Source of the DNA: Octopus sinensis
Lineage: Eukaryota
Assembly (NCBI RefSeq): GCF_006345805.1
Contig: NC_042997.1
Span: 166,532,001 to 166,596,000 of the forward strand
Reading direction: 5' to 3'
DNA length: 64,000 bases
Part shown: piece after piece, positions 63,211 through 64,000 of the stretch
Layout: every line of letters begins with the position of its first letter
Numbering within the stretch: the stretch's first letter is position 1
Notes under the pieces: generated by a model
What the model was told of the DNA's origin: nothing
The model's input: the letters and a program-made list of their open reading frames with translations, nothing else
Databases searched by the model: none
Translations under genes and position numbers: made by a program

Positions 63211-64000
63211 TCTAGCCGAAACCAAGTGTAGAATATTTTATTGTCGGCCATTTTATAAACCTAAAGCAAAAGATCCCCTTCCTTTTTGAATAATGGTAGA
63301 ATCCCACCTTTGGTGGTAAACAATGACACCCACTATAACCAGCACTGCATGGGATGGTTGTTTAAGTTTCGAGTCGTGTCACTTATTGATGTAATTATAC
63401 TAATCTCTTAAATTATTTGATGACACTTGAAAGTTTTCCCTTCATGCACGCCCTATCCAACTATAACAATAGTCTCTAATTGTTTCGCCCTTTAAAGGCG
63501 GAAACTTCTTATTTCCGCTTCATAATGTGTTTTGTTAGTAAAGAATCAGCGATAGGTATGATCCTCTTGATAGCAATAATTTTCATGAAATACAATTTAT
63601 ATAAGAAGTTGTAGTAGTAGCAGCAGCAGTCGTAGTTTTTATTGTTTTCGATGGTACTTGTAGTGTTTATGATGATGATGTTGTTGTTTTATCTGAGGTC
63701 AGCTTTGAATGACCAGATATATGATGAAAGGCACTCTAGCTGTCTTGTCATTTTATATTCAGGAAACAAAACTCTTACGGCATTGGTTTAACACTACAGC
63801 GCTCAGCATGTTGGTAACGGAATTGTTGAGAGCCGCATGGAGCGTCCTTATAACTGATACAAGGCCACAAGTTAACAGTGCTTATGTTATGTATAAGTGT
63901 GTGTGGGAGGATTTATTATATAATTAACAATCTTCAATACATATAAATGGTATTTGCTTTATAGATGGGAAATGGATTAGATCTCAAAAGTCGGAGGTAC

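Overview
AT-rich eukaryotic genomic DNA, very dense in microsatellites and transposons. The SINE families and repeat landscape look like an octopus (coleoid cephalopod) genome; this is recognition by eye, not a database match. There is one intact host gene: a two-coding-exon class A (rhodopsin-like) GPCR on the + strand (20767-21044 joined to 24873-25797, 400 aa). The rest is mobile DNA: several tRNA-derived SINE families, degenerate mariner, piggyBac and Helitron fragments, MITEs, R4/Dong-type and RTE-type LINE pieces, and Penelope-like (PLE) remnants. Almost all other ORFs in the track are microsatellite or transposon artefacts. The most interesting signals are: (1) hammerhead-ribozyme motifs, including a complete type I hammerhead with a compensatory U3:A8 core (3148-3190, - strand) inside a highly structured ~140-nt unit at the head of a decayed PLE, and a small hammerhead-bearing repeat family that sits next to dinucleotide microsatellites; (2) short RTE-derived elements that keep only the LINE head and tail, and R4/Dong fragments, which sit in (TATG)n/(CATA)n or (AAT)n arrays; (3) several inverted-repeat pairs in and around the GPCR. 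All coordinates were counted by eye; transposon boundaries are approximate unless TIRs or TSDs are quoted.
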